A stretch of DNA of 64,000 nt. It comes from Nitrospira sp. (GTDB lineage Bacteria > Nitrospirota > Nitrospiria > Nitrospirales > Nitrospiraceae). The position numbers and the translations under genes are program-made. Position 1 is the stretch's first letter. Every line of letters begins with the position of its first letter. Shown piece after piece: positions 39,178-49,129 of the stretch. Below the pieces are notes generated by a model. That model searched no databases. It saw only the letters and a list, made by a program, of their open reading frames with translations, and was not told the DNA's origin. The stretch lies in contig AP038806.1 of assembly GCA_047150005.1 (NCBI GenBank), positions 3,968,001-4,032,000 on the forward strand, written 5' to 3'.

Positions 39178-40518
39178 TCAAGACCGCCGTGCGCCCGTCC
39201 CGAGTTGCGATGCCAACCCGGCGATTTCCCCAAGCTTCTTGGCCATCTCCTCAAATCGCTTGGTCGCCTGTTGAGCGGATTGCTCGGTTTCCGACACATG
39301 CCTGGTCAACACCGCATTCCGTTCTCGCTCCGTTTGCAGCAGTTCCTCCAACTCTTTGACCTTCGTCACGACTCCCTCAATTTCGTGCAACCGTCGCGAG
39401 AGCTCTTCGGATCGCTGCTGTTCCCGCGCGAGTTGTTGCGCCGTTTCCTGCGAACGAGCCAACGCCTTTTCCATGGTGTTCATTTGCTCCACGAGCTGAG
39501 CGGCAGCTTGCCGTTCCGCCTGCAAAGCCGACTCGAATTCTCGGGCTCGCTCTGCCGCCTTCTGAAGCTCGCCTATGCGCTGCATCTGCTGTTCCGCGCG
39601 ATCCTGTTCCACATGCAGAGCTGCCTCAAGTTCCTGAACCCGCTCGGCCGTTTCCTTCAGTTCCGCCGCCGTTTGCTTCAATGCGGTCGTCCGCTCTTGT
39701 TCGGCCCGCAACTGCACTTCCAGTTCGCTGACCCGTCCTTTGGAGAGCTGCAATTCGTCCGTCAATTTTCCCGCCAGAACCGCCCGCTCATGCTCGACGG
39801 CCAGCTTGGATTCCAATTCCTGCATCCGACCCTTCAACCGCTGTACCTCTTCCGCGGAGCTTCTAGCTTCCTCTGCCGATTGCCGGGCTTGCTCTGTCCG
39901 CTCTTCACCCTGGGCAGCCAGGGCTTCCAATTCTTTGAGACGACCAAGCTGACTTTCCAGTTTGGCGAGCTTTTCTCCCAGGATGCTCGTCTGATCCCGC
40001 TCTTTCCGGAGATCGTCTTCGGCCTGTTTCAGTTGCGCCGCCATCCGGCGATAGGTTTCGAGTTGCTCTTGGCTCACGCGAACGGCTTGATCGGCCTCGG
40101 AGGGAAGAGTCGGCTTGGCGGCAGGTTTAGCCGGACTGGATACGGGAGCCTGTCGTTTCGCCAGCAACTCGAGAACGCGGTCTTTTAGGGATGTTCCCTG
40201 GAACGGCTTCTTGAGCACGCCGTCTGCTTTGCATGATTCCGCCTGCTTGGCGACCTCGTCATTGACGATCCCGGAGATGAGGAGAACCGGTGTGCCGGCC
40301 AAGGCTGTCTGGGCCCGCACGAACGCGCACACCTCATAGCCGCTCTTATCAGGCATGATGACATCGGAGACGATGAGGTCCGGACATTCCTTCGAAAGAA
40401 ATGCCAGCGCCTCTTCCCCGTTCGCGGCGAGAGTCACACCCAATCCGGCCTCTGTGAGCAGGCGTTCGGCTACTTTCCGAACCGCGATGCTGTCATCGGC
40501 CACCAACACTTTCGGCAT
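39178..40518 (-). CDS. Response regulator with long coiled-coil tail (RomR/AglZ-like architecture)
   Basis: KVLVADDS, IVSDVIMP, LKKPF; Pro-rich linker; about 290-aa coiled coil. Confidence 0.88.
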   Translation of the reverse strand: MPKVLVADDSIAVRKVAERLLTEAGLGVTLAANGEEALAFLSKECPDLIVSDVIMPDKSGYEVCAFVRAQTALAGTPVLLISGIVNDEVAKQAESCKADGVLKKPFQGTSLKDRVLELLAKRQAPVSSPAKPAAKPTLPSEADQAVRVSQEQLETYRRMAAQLKQAEDDLRKERDQTSILGEKLAKLESQLGRLKELEALAAQGEERTEQARQSAEEARSSAEEVQRLKGRMQELESKLAVEHERAVLAGKLTDELQLSKGRVSELEVQLRAEQERTTALKQTAAELKETAERVQELEAALHVEQDRAEQQMQRIGELQKAAERAREFESALQAERQAAAQLVEQMNTMEKALARSQETAQQLAREQQRSEELSRRLHEIEGVVTKVKELEELLQTERERNAVLTRHVSETEQSAQQATKRFEEMAKKLGEIAGLASQLGTGARRS

Positions 40519-40562
40519 GTCCCAATCCTTTCACCCATCACTTACGATTCAATGTCGGCTCG

Positions 40563-41006
40563 TCACGGTTGTCCCAATCGTCGCAGGGCAACTATGTCGA
40601 TGTCGACTCCATCCCTCGTAAAGCTTCCCATCGTTTCAATGTCGTGTCTGCGGCACGGCCGGACTTCCGATGCATCCACAGTGTGCAGCGAGGGGATCTC
40701 CGCATCGATGCAAATGGCCATCGGGCCGTCGGCATGACGAGCAACCAGACACAACGACTCCGTGTCGGGCTGTCGATCCAACCGTGCCGCCAAATCGTAC
40801 ACCGGAAGCACGTCTTTGTCCCGTTTTACCAGAGAACCGACAAACGGGGTTCGGCTCGGAACGGGTACATCAATTCCCCATGCCGAGATGCCACCCACGT
40901 CCTCGGCCTTCGCCGCAAGTTTCATCCCACCAACGGAAAATACAACGACACTCCAGGATTGTCTCGTTGAGACGGCCCGTTCCTGTTGTCGCGCGGCTCT
41001 CAGCAT
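40563..41006 (-). CDS. CheW-like protein (divergent)
   Basis: VVVFSVGG..LA...EDV, VPVPSRTPFVGSLV, VLPVYDLA. Confidence 0.75.
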   Translation of the reverse strand: MLRAARQQERAVSTRQSWSVVVFSVGGMKLAAKAEDVGGISAWGIDVPVPSRTPFVGSLVKRDKDVLPVYDLAARLDRQPDTESLCLVARHADGPMAICIDAEIPSLHTVDASEVRPCRRHDIETMGSFTRDGVDIDIVALRRLGQP

Positions 41007-41026
41007 GGTCTATGCCTCTCCCATGT

Positions 41027-41521
41027 TCAGGCGACGAGACCGCGGCCTGCCACCGCCCTAGACGGCAGTGGGACCTCAGCTTCAAGTTCGCCCAAGACCC
41101 ACTCCGGATCCAACACGATCGCCAGCTCATTTCGATATGGAATCATCCCCGTAATCCACGTCCGCTCCTCGCAACGAAAATGCGGAGGAAGCGGCGTGCA
41201 CTCCCGCCGATCCGTGTCAAGCAACCCCACCACCTCGTCGACGTGAATGGCGCCATGCGAGTGACCATTGGAGAAAAGGACGATCCGAAGGTCCGGGCTG
41301 GCGACATCCAATTTCGTGGAGAGTTGAGCGGCGAGATCCACACGCTGATATGTGATACCGACCCAGTTCACAGTCTCGCCTTGCCCTGCCTGTTCCTTGG
41401 TCAGCACCCCCCGAACTTCCTCAGACGGCAACGCGCAGTAACGAGCGCCATATCGCACCACCAATAAGCTGACGGCCTGCACATTCGTAGTAGCCGCCTT
41501 GAAATGCCCCCTCAAACCCAT
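41027..41521 (-). CDS. CheW-like protein (divergent)
   Basis: CALPSEEV, RVDLA, AIHVDEVVG, ITGMI...LAIVLDP. Confidence 0.78.
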   Translation of the reverse strand: MGLRGHFKAATTNVQAVSLLVVRYGARYCALPSEEVRGVLTKEQAGQGETVNWVGITYQRVDLAAQLSTKLDVASPDLRIVLFSNGHSHGAIHVDEVVGLLDTDRRECTPLPPHFRCEERTWITGMIPYRNELAIVLDPEWVLGELEAEVPLPSRAVAGRGLVA

Positions 41522-41579
41522 GTGTACCGTGTCCTTCTCCTAGGAGCGGAAGATGTCCGCGATGAGGATCCGCCTCTGG

Positions 41580-44500
41580 TCATCCCTTTCGTACGGAACT
41601 CTCTTGTCCGATCCACCGTTCCAATTCCTGGATCAATGCCCGTTCTTCGACCGGCTTGGCGATATAGGAACTAGCGCCGATATTGATGGCCATCTGGCGG
41701 TGTTTGTCGCCTGCACGAGTGGTCATCACGATGATCGGCGTTTGCTGAGTCTGAGGCCTGCTGCGCAACGCCTGAATGACCTCATAGCCGTTAAGCTTGG
41801 GCATCTCGAGATCGGTTAAGATTAAACGGAACTGTTGCGCCGACGCTTTCCGGAGGCCCTCTTCCCCGTCCACGGCAGTCTCGACCTCATAGCCCGCGGT
41901 TTCCAGCATCCGGCCTACGAACTTTCGAATGCTGAGCGAGTCATCGATCAGCAGAATGTGTTTGCTGTCGGCTCGGAATTCGACCGTCTCTTCGTATGGA
42001 ATTTCGGGCTCATGGACTCCCGATTCTGCAGTCGCATCCTCGAGCACGGCCCCCGATTGTGCTCCGCCGGACACCAGACGTGCCGGATCGAGGACCAGAA
42101 TTACCCGGCCTTCCGGATCGATGGTGGCTCCTCCGAACGTCGATTGCGCGAGGGACCTCAGGGAGGCAATCGGTTTGATGACGATTTCTTGCCGACCCAG
42201 CAACTCATCCACCACCAGGCCGACCGGTCCGACGCCGGTCCGGACAATAACGACGGGTTTGCCGACTTCCACCGAACCGCCGGAACCTCTGACCAACATG
42301 CGTTGAAGAGGTTGTACCTCTATCGCTTCCTCTTCTCCGATCTGAATCACCGCACGATCCCCGACCTGCTGAAGTGAGCTGCCCGTCAGCATCGTCACTT
42401 CTCGTACGCTCGGCAACGGTATGCCATATCGTTCACTTCCCGTCCGTACCATCAATGCCGTGGCGATCAACAACGTCAGCGGGAGGTGAAGCGTGAACTT
42501 TGTTCCTACTCCGCGCACCGACTCCACGTCGATGTGGCCATTCATGCTTTCGATGACCCGCTTGACGACATCCATCCCCACCCCGCGACCGGCTTGATCT
42601 CCGACCTGATCCGCAGTCGAAAAGCCAGGCATGAAGATGAACTTGATCGCTTCCGCGTCGGACAGGTTCTTCGCCACGTCGGCACGAACTAATCCGCGTT
42701 CCATGGCCTTCGCACGGATCTTGTCGATGTCCAGCCCCGCCCCGTCGTCCTCAACCTCGATCAGCACCGCGTTGCCTCGATGGGATGCGTGTAGATAGAT
42801 CGATCCGGCCGCAGGCTTGCCTTTTGCGACCCGGGCCGCCGCCGGTTCAATACCGTGGAAAACAGCGTTCCTCACCAAATGCACCAACGGATCAACCAGC
42901 CGCTCAACCACTCCGGTATCCACTTCGGTGTGTTCACCAGACGTGACGAGAGTCACTTCCTTACCAGTCGCCCTAGCCATCTCTCGCGTAGCCCGACGAA
43001 ACCGCGTGAACGGTGTACCGATGGGTACCATGCGCGCCCGGGCGATCTCATCACGCATAGCGAGAGTCAATTGCTGAAGCTGGCTCATATCTTCGTGCGA
43101 TCGACGGATTGATCCGCTCAGCTGGGACATCGATTCGGAGATATCGGCCGTCACCTCGCTGATCCGGCGGGCCAGGATGTTGAAATCGTCGTACTTATCG
43201 AACTCGAGGCTTCCAAAGTCACTGAGTCCTGGGAAAAGGGATGTCCCGATGCGTCCCACACCGGTGTCCATACCGGCGGGTCCTGCCGAAGGCAGTGTGA
43301 ACGTATGTTTTTCTTCGAACGAACGGACCGAGTCCATCAAACGTCCTTTGAAGGCCAGCACCTGTTGCGACAGTTGTTCCAAGACACGCAGTCGCTGCTC
43401 GAGCCGGCCACGCCCGATGACCAACTCGCCGACGAGGTTCAACAGTCTCTCCAACCGATCCCGGCTGACTCGAATGACCTCTCGATCCTCGGATCCGCCT
43501 TCCCTGCCTTTGCTTTCAGCGACTCTCGCCGTTTCAACTTCAGCCTGGTTGCTCTGCTCGGGAGACGGCATCATCGGAACAGATTGGACCACTACGGAGG
43601 CAACTGCTGAGCCGCCCGCAACAGGTTGCTCCAGCCGCTTCAGGCCTTGCATCGCCAGAGTAAACCGCTGACGCACCATTTCAGCCAGTGTCGGATCACG
43701 TCGCATCAGCAGCCGGACGACGTCCACCGCCTTCAACAACATATCCGCGTGGCCAGGAAGAACCTTTACCCTCCCCTCGCGAACCGCACCCATGAAATCC
43801 TCGACGTAATGGGTCAGGTCTCCGATGGACTGGAAACCTACTGTATAGGCTGATCCTTTCAAGGTGTGCGCTGTCCGGAACAGTTGATTGATAAGTTCGG
43901 GATTGGTAGGCTCTTTTTCAAGTCGCAGGAGCTGTGCCTCCAGGGATTCCAAGTACTCTTGTGCTTCGGGCGCGAAATACGACAGGACCTCCGGATCCAG
44001 TTGGGGGAGGAGATATTCATCCGTCAACTCCGGGACCGTCTCGGAAGTCATATCTGCCGCGTCGGTCGCTTGCGACGGTGGATCCATGACCGCCGTCGCC
44101 GTGCAGACCTGAGGAGGAACCGGTGCCGGGGCCGAGGCAGTCTCAACCAATTGTTCGCCTCCAGAAATGCGGCTCAGCGATTCGGTAACGGCAGGAACAT
44201 CGCGCTGAAGCTCGGCAATTCTACCTTCATCACGGCGCATGAGCGTGCGGACGACGTTCATCGCCCGCACGATCGTATCCATCAGCGCAGGGGAAGCGAC
44301 AATCTTCCCTTCCCGCACGGCGACCAGACACTCCTCGACATGGTGGGCCACATCTCCCACCACTTTAAAACCGATCGTATGCGCAGACCCCTTCAACGTA
44401 TGAGCCGTTCGATACAGCGCAAACAGCGCGTCTTGATCCTTAGGAGATCCGTCCAGGCGTTGAATGAGAGAATCCATGGTTTGGAGATACTCATCTGCTT

Positions 44501-44996
44501 CGGGGGCGAAATACGAGAGGACGTCCGCATCAATCGATGGGACAAGGTACTGAGGCGACATTGACGATTCTGCGCCCCTGCTCTCCACCGCACTCTCTGC
44601 AGACTTCGGCATGAGGCTTTCCACTGCTGTTCTCCATCGTTCGCTGGCGCTCAAGTCCTCTGGTCCACCCTGTTTTACGACGTCCAATTGCGCCTGAAAC
44701 GTTTCAACCATGCCCCGCAGCATACCGACCGCGTTCGGCCAAGAAGATTCGGCAATCGCCGTCGCCTGCTCGAGCACGGATTCAAGGAGCGCACCGAGTG
44801 TGGCGAGTCCGGTGAATCCGTAGATCCCAGCAGCTCCTCGAACCTTGTGGGCCCAGACGTACTGATTTTGGAGTTCTTGTGCCGTCGGAAGGGCGTCGCC
44901 GGAGGGATTCACGGCGGCCGACAAGGCCAGCGCAGCTTCGGAGGCTTCCATGACGAAAATATCGACGAGGGCCTGTCGGTCCAGTTCGGAACTCAT
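41580..44996 (-). CDS. ChpA/CheA-like hybrid chemosensory kinase (3 Hpt, dimerization, HATPase, CheW, REC)
   Basis: AHKVRGAA, AHTLKGSA x2, IRVSRDRLERLLNLVGELVI, HLVRNAVFHG, GRGVGMDVV, LLIDDS...TDLEMP. Confidence 0.95.
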   Translation of the reverse strand: MSSELDRQALVDIFVMEASEAALALSAAVNPSGDALPTAQELQNQYVWAHKVRGAAGIYGFTGLATLGALLESVLEQATAIAESSWPNAVGMLRGMVETFQAQLDVVKQGGPEDLSASERWRTAVESLMPKSAESAVESRGAESSMSPQYLVPSIDADVLSYFAPEADEYLQTMDSLIQRLDGSPKDQDALFALYRTAHTLKGSAHTIGFKVVGDVAHHVEECLVAVREGKIVASPALMDTIVRAMNVVRTLMRRDEGRIAELQRDVPAVTESLSRISGGEQLVETASAPAPVPPQVCTATAVMDPPSQATDAADMTSETVPELTDEYLLPQLDPEVLSYFAPEAQEYLESLEAQLLRLEKEPTNPELINQLFRTAHTLKGSAYTVGFQSIGDLTHYVEDFMGAVREGRVKVLPGHADMLLKAVDVVRLLMRRDPTLAEMVRQRFTLAMQGLKRLEQPVAGGSAVASVVVQSVPMMPSPEQSNQAEVETARVAESKGREGGSEDREVIRVSRDRLERLLNLVGELVIGRGRLEQRLRVLEQLSQQVLAFKGRLMDSVRSFEEKHTFTLPSAGPAGMDTGVGRIGTSLFPGLSDFGSLEFDKYDDFNILARRISEVTADISESMSQLSGSIRRSHEDMSQLQQLTLAMRDEIARARMVPIGTPFTRFRRATREMARATGKEVTLVTSGEHTEVDTGVVERLVDPLVHLVRNAVFHGIEPAAARVAKGKPAAGSIYLHASHRGNAVLIEVEDDGAGLDIDKIRAKAMERGLVRADVAKNLSDAEAIKFIFMPGFSTADQVGDQAGRGVGMDVVKRVIESMNGHIDVESVRGVGTKFTLHLPLTLLIATALMVRTGSERYGIPLPSVREVTMLTGSSLQQVGDRAVIQIGEEEAIEVQPLQRMLVRGSGGSVEVGKPVVIVRTGVGPVGLVVDELLGRQEIVIKPIASLRSLAQSTFGGATIDPEGRVILVLDPARLVSGGAQSGAVLEDATAESGVHEPEIPYEETVEFRADSKHILLIDDSLSIRKFVGRMLETAGYEVETAVDGEEGLRKASAQQFRLILTDLEMPKLNGYEVIQALRSRPQTQQTPIIVMTTRAGDKHRQMAINIGASSYIAKPVEERALIQELERWIGQESSVRKG

Positions 44997-45047
44997 CCAG
45001 ATCCTTTCTGACCCGGAGCGCCCTAGAGCGCTCCGGGCTCCAGACGA

Positions 45048-46922
45048 CTAGGCCAGTTTGAACTGTGCGACCGAAGAGGTCAGTCCATCGGCAAGTTTGG
45101 CCATGTCTTCAACGGTCATGCGCGCCGCATCAGTCGCTTTCTGAGTGGCGACGGCTCCTCCAGTGAAGTCTTTGATCGATCGACCCACCTGATCCGTCGA
45201 AGCTGTTTGACTCGCCGCAGAACTGGCGATGGTTTGGGCCAACTCGGCTGAACGCTGGGCAATACCTGAAATCTCGTTGAACACTTCACCGGTCCGGAGT
45301 GCGGAAGCAGATCCGGCTTCCACCGCCTGGGTTTCCTGTTCCATCGCCACTACGGCGTCCTGTGTTTCAGACTGAATGACTTTGACGAGATCGGCGATCT
45401 CACGCGTAGCCTGCGTCGAACTTTCGGCCAGTTTTCTCACCTGGTCGGCCACAACGGCGAATCGGGCTCCCGCTTCACCTGCTCCGGCCGCCTCGATGGC
45501 GGCATTCAGAGCAAGCAAGTTGGTCTGATTCGCGATGTCTCGAATAGTCGACACGATCTGAGAAATTTCCAGTGACCGGTCGCCGAGCGCCTTGACCTGC
45601 TTCGACATGCGTTGCACGGCGGATCTGATGCTCTGCATGTCCTGCACGGTCTCCTGCACCGCAACTCGACCTCGTTCCGTCGCTTGCAACACCTGCTTCG
45701 CTGACTCGGACGAGGCGCCGGCGGTTTCTGCGACCTGGCGCATCTGTGCGGCCAGTTGTTCGACCGCGCTGAGGGTGCGCACTGACTCGTCCGCTTGATG
45801 CTTTGCCGTGCCGGCCATCTGCCCGGCGCTGTCTCGGAGCGCCCCGGCGGACTTGTTGACGCGTTCGGCCGCTTCTCGAACCTGCTTCAGCAATTGCCCG
45901 AATCTCGCGATCATGAGGTTGAAACCGTCGGCCAGGTTGCCGAACATGTCCGCCGTGACCTCACCGCGCTTGGTCAGATCTCCTTTTCCGACGTCGGACA
46001 CGAGAACGAGGAAGCTCATCAAACGTTTCTGCATCTCATTCCGCTCGTCCTCGGAGGTGACGAGAGCGGTAATGCGGTCCAACATTGTATTGAACGACGC
46101 CGCCATCTGCCCTAACTCATCTTTTGACACGATCTTCGCGCGAGCTTGGTAGTTGCCGTTCGCGGCCAACTGGGCCACGCTGGCCACCTGACCGAGACCG
46201 AGCGCGAGTTTGTGGGCGACCCAGTAGCCGAGACCCAGGCCCAACGCCACGGCGACGAGACCACCGAAAACCAGCACCATCGTTCCGTTCCATGCCAGAG
46301 ATTTCGCCTCGTCGTTGAGATCACCCGAGATCGCCTGCATGGTCTTAATTTGGTCCGCATGGCGGTTGGTGACGACATCATACGTAGGCGCGATGCTGAC
46401 CGTGAGTGCCAACTGACCCAACTCCCGCATCTGCAGCGCTTGATTCTGCGTCAAGGCCTTCGAGTCGAAGCTTTCGGCGATGGCGGCGACGCCCGCCTCG
46501 GCCTGCGAGTAGAAAGCCGCGAGCGCTTCCTTCAGATCGCTCAATCCTTTGGCCTCATCGAGGCCAGAACTCGACACCCGCAGAGGCTTGCCCTCATATG
46601 CCGCGATTAGGCTGTTCACCTGCTGTTTGTAGGGAGTCAGCTTCGCCGCGTCCGATTTGAAATCGGCGGCACGCGGCGCCTTCGATAACTCTTGGAGCGT
46701 CTCGTGATACCTATTGACGTTGAACAACAGCTGATTGAAATCGATCAGCGCAACCGTGTAGTCGGTATAGATTTCGTCGGCTTGCTGGCTGAGCTTCTTG
46801 TTCGTCCACACACCGAGTGACGCCATGATCAAGATGATGACGCCAATGACGCCGAACGTCATCAAGAGCTTCGATTGTGTTTTCAGGTCCTCGAATCGCT
46901 GCATCATGCTGAACCTTGCCAT
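45048..46922 (-). CDS. Methyl-accepting chemotaxis protein (PilJ-like; 4-helix-bundle sensor, two HAMP-like segments)
   Basis: Two TMs, [49 protein letters not shown]. Confidence 0.95.
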   Translation of the reverse strand: MARFSMMQRFEDLKTQSKLLMTFGVIGVIILIMASLGVWTNKKLSQQADEIYTDYTVALIDFNQLLFNVNRYHETLQELSKAPRAADFKSDAAKLTPYKQQVNSLIAAYEGKPLRVSSSGLDEAKGLSDLKEALAAFYSQAEAGVAAIAESFDSKALTQNQALQMRELGQLALTVSIAPTYDVVTNRHADQIKTMQAISGDLNDEAKSLAWNGTMVLVFGGLVAVALGLGLGYWVAHKLALGLGQVASVAQLAANGNYQARAKIVSKDELGQMAASFNTMLDRITALVTSEDERNEMQKRLMSFLVLVSDVGKGDLTKRGEVTADMFGNLADGFNLMIARFGQLLKQVREAAERVNKSAGALRDSAGQMAGTAKHQADESVRTLSAVEQLAAQMRQVAETAGASSESAKQVLQATERGRVAVQETVQDMQSIRSAVQRMSKQVKALGDRSLEISQIVSTIRDIANQTNLLALNAAIEAAGAGEAGARFAVVADQVRKLAESSTQATREIADLVKVIQSETQDAVVAMEQETQAVEAGSASALRTGEVFNEISGIAQRSAELAQTIASSAASQTASTDQVGRSIKDFTGGAVATQKATDAARMTVEDMAKLADGLTSSVAQFKLA

Positions 46923-46982
46923 GAGAATCCCCTCCTTCTCTCCGATCGTGTCCGGTGCCCTGGTTAGGCCCGTGTGCCCTGG

Positions 46983-47507
46983 TTATCTCGCACTCTCGAA
47001 ATGCGAGAGCACAGCCGATGTTTCCAATACTCCTCTGAGTCGGTTGTCCAGCTTGACGACCGCCGACACAAAAGGATTGACTCCCCCTCCCGTGTCAGTC
47101 GGCGCCGGCATGAACTGGTCTTTGGAAAGAGTGCGAATCTCCGGAACTGAATCGACCAGCACACCGACTTGCCAGGCACCATGCTTCAACACGACGGCAT
47201 ACCGCAGTGCAGCTTCGGTACCCAACCCGAACATCTGACGAAGATCGAGCAGCGGGATGACCATCCCGCGCAAGTTGGTGACGCCGACCAAACCGGAGGG
47301 CATGCCAGGAACCGGAGTCACGGATTCCACGACAAAGACCTCCCGCACGTGCTGCAGATCCACCGTAAGCAGTTCTCCTCCCAGCGAAATAATCGCTGCC
47401 CGCACGCTGGGCGACCCGGCTGGCTGAGCAGCAGCGGAACCGGCCGGCACGATCACGGCCGGTGATGGCCCCTGATTCAGATTCATCGAGAAGGACGACG
47501 CCGACAT
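46983..47507 (-). CDS. CheW (PilI-like) adaptor
   Basis: VTPVPGMPSGLVGVTNLRGMVIPLLDL, GVLVDSV. Confidence 0.92.
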   Translation of the reverse strand: MSASSFSMNLNQGPSPAVIVPAGSAAAQPAGSPSVRAAIISLGGELLTVDLQHVREVFVVESVTPVPGMPSGLVGVTNLRGMVIPLLDLRQMFGLGTEAALRYAVVLKHGAWQVGVLVDSVPEIRTLSKDQFMPAPTDTGGGVNPFVSAVVKLDNRLRGVLETSAVLSHFESAR

Positions 47508-47511
47508 TGGG

Positions 47512-47874
47512 CTACCCGAGCACCCGCTTGACCGCGGCGAGGAGTTCCTCGCCTTTGAACGGCTTTACCACGTGCGCATTGGCTCCCTGCTGTTGCCCCC
47601 AGAATTTGTCGCTCTCGTTGCCCTTCGATGTACAGAGGATGATCGGAATGTTCTTGGTACGGTCGTCATTCTTGAGATCTCGGCAGGCTTGAAAACCGTT
47701 GCGGCCAGGCATCACCACGTCCATCACGATCAAGTCCGGCTTTTCGCTAATGAGCTTTTCTTCCAACTTGTCCGAATTGGGGTATGAGACGACGGTATGA
47801 TTTGCTCCCTTCAGAAATCCTTCGATGATCTGAAGCTCGGCATACGAATCATCCACCACGACGATCTTGCTCAT
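47512..47874 (-). CDS. PilH-like single-domain response regulator
   Basis: IVMDVVMPGRNGFQACRDLK...IPIILCTSK..SDKFWGQQQGA. Confidence 0.9.
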   Translation of the reverse strand: MSKIVVVDDSYAELQIIEGFLKGANHTVVSYPNSDKLEEKLISEKPDLIVMDVVMPGRNGFQACRDLKNDDRTKNIPIILCTSKGNESDKFWGQQQGANAHVVKPFKGEELLAAVKRVLG

Positions 47875-47940
47875 CTTGTATTCTCCTTGGTGTTAACTGA
47901 GGTTTACTGAACATGATGCGGACGACCGCAGCCCTCGACT

Positions 47941-48678
47941 TTACTTCAACGGCAGTACGACGCTGATCGCTCCGGCCAATTCTCCTTCCTTCCAGCCTTC
48001 CTTCTTATGGCCCGACACATCTCGTTCGCCCTTCGGCGCGCCGTGACAGCCCAGACAGGAGGCTCCGGCATATTCCGGATCCATCATGCGAAGGACGGGA
48101 CGGCCGTCGACCATGGTGTTGCGAACGTAGGTCTGCCCTTTGGGATGGCGGGGATCGCTGAACATCCGAAGCACCTCCGCTTCAAAATCATCCGGCTTGT
48201 TGCTGGGGTTCCGGTAATCGCTCCCGGTAAGTTTCAACCGTACTCCCGATTTCTTGTAGAACTGCTCTCCGGTCCTTCTGGCAAATACGGCGGGGATGAA
48301 GCCCTTGAACGCGATACCTTGCTTGTTAATGATCGGCTGAGCCTCGTTAACGACTTCTTTTTCGGCTTCGATGAGGGCGAGATACAGGTTCGATTGCGGC
48401 ACCACATTGGGAATTCTCAGGTCGATCTTCGTCCGTTTCTTGAATCGGTCGATGACCTGGGCTCCCATATAGTCTCCCGTGAATCCCTTGTCCGCCTTGG
48501 ATGCATCATTGATGTTCGCCATCTGCTCCGACACCACTCCGCGGCCGATCTTCACCAGTTCGATCAGATGCTCGGCCACTTCTGCTTCATTTGCCGCCCA
48601 TGCAGATCCAGCACAGAGGGTGACGGCCGCTGCAGCAAGAAGGCACATAGTCCGACTACGGAAACATCTCGATTCCAT
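47941..48678 (-). CDS. Periplasmic DUF3365/Tll0287-like c-type heme protein
   Basis: AGGAGG SD, signal peptide (SAWA), YRNPSNKPDDFE, CLGCH heme motif, GWKEGELAGAISV. Confidence 0.88.
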   Translation of the reverse strand: MESRCFRSRTMCLLAAAAVTLCAGSAWAANEAEVAEHLIELVKIGRGVVSEQMANINDASKADKGFTGDYMGAQVIDRFKKRTKIDLRIPNVVPQSNLYLALIEAEKEVVNEAQPIINKQGIAFKGFIPAVFARRTGEQFYKKSGVRLKLTGSDYRNPSNKPDDFEAEVLRMFSDPRHPKGQTYVRNTMVDGRPVLRMMDPEYAGASCLGCHGAPKGERDVSGHKKEGWKEGELAGAISVVLPLK

Positions 48679-48884
48679 ACCGCCCCTCCTTGATTGGTTC
48701 ATCGAATCAATGGATTCAGTTGAGAATTCCTCTGTATTGAACAACACCGACCGCCGCAACCCTTTGGAGTCAGTCAGGAAAAGACCCGATATTGGCTCAC
48801 GGCACCTCGGGCCGTTGTGCAAAGACTATGCTTATGGAAATGAGTCTGTACTTGCCCAGACAAGGTGAATAGAACCACATGCAT

Positions 48885-48897
48885 TATCAATCGCTTA
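48885..48897 (+). promoter_or_regulatory. IHF-consensus site upstream of the chemosensory cluster
   Basis: TATCAATCGCTTA matches WATCAANNNNTTR. Confidence 0.45.
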
Positions 48898-49129
48898 CAT
48901 CTCATGCTGAGCGAGAGAATCGTGACGGTTCGACGCGAGTTTATTCATCCTGTGACAAAATGATGCCAATCTGGCAAAAAATGATCACCGAGAGCTCATC
49001 CACGAAACCTCTCATAGGGACAATGTAGCAGACGGTCCCTGTGCGGCGGCTCTTGAGAGGGAGACTTGAACGGACTGGAGAAGGTAACGAGAAAGACCCC
49101 GCGGGCCTAGCGGGCAAAGCTCGGAGATC

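Noticed and set aside
39067..40188. 373-aa Leu/Phe-rich plus-strand ORF
   Set aside because: Composition simply mirrors the antisense of the Glu/Gln/Lys-rich coiled coil
45012..45037. 10-bp hairpin CCCGGAGCGC/GCGCTCCGGG between the MCP and kinase genes
   Set aside because: No U-tract and a single copy; at most an mRNA stability element
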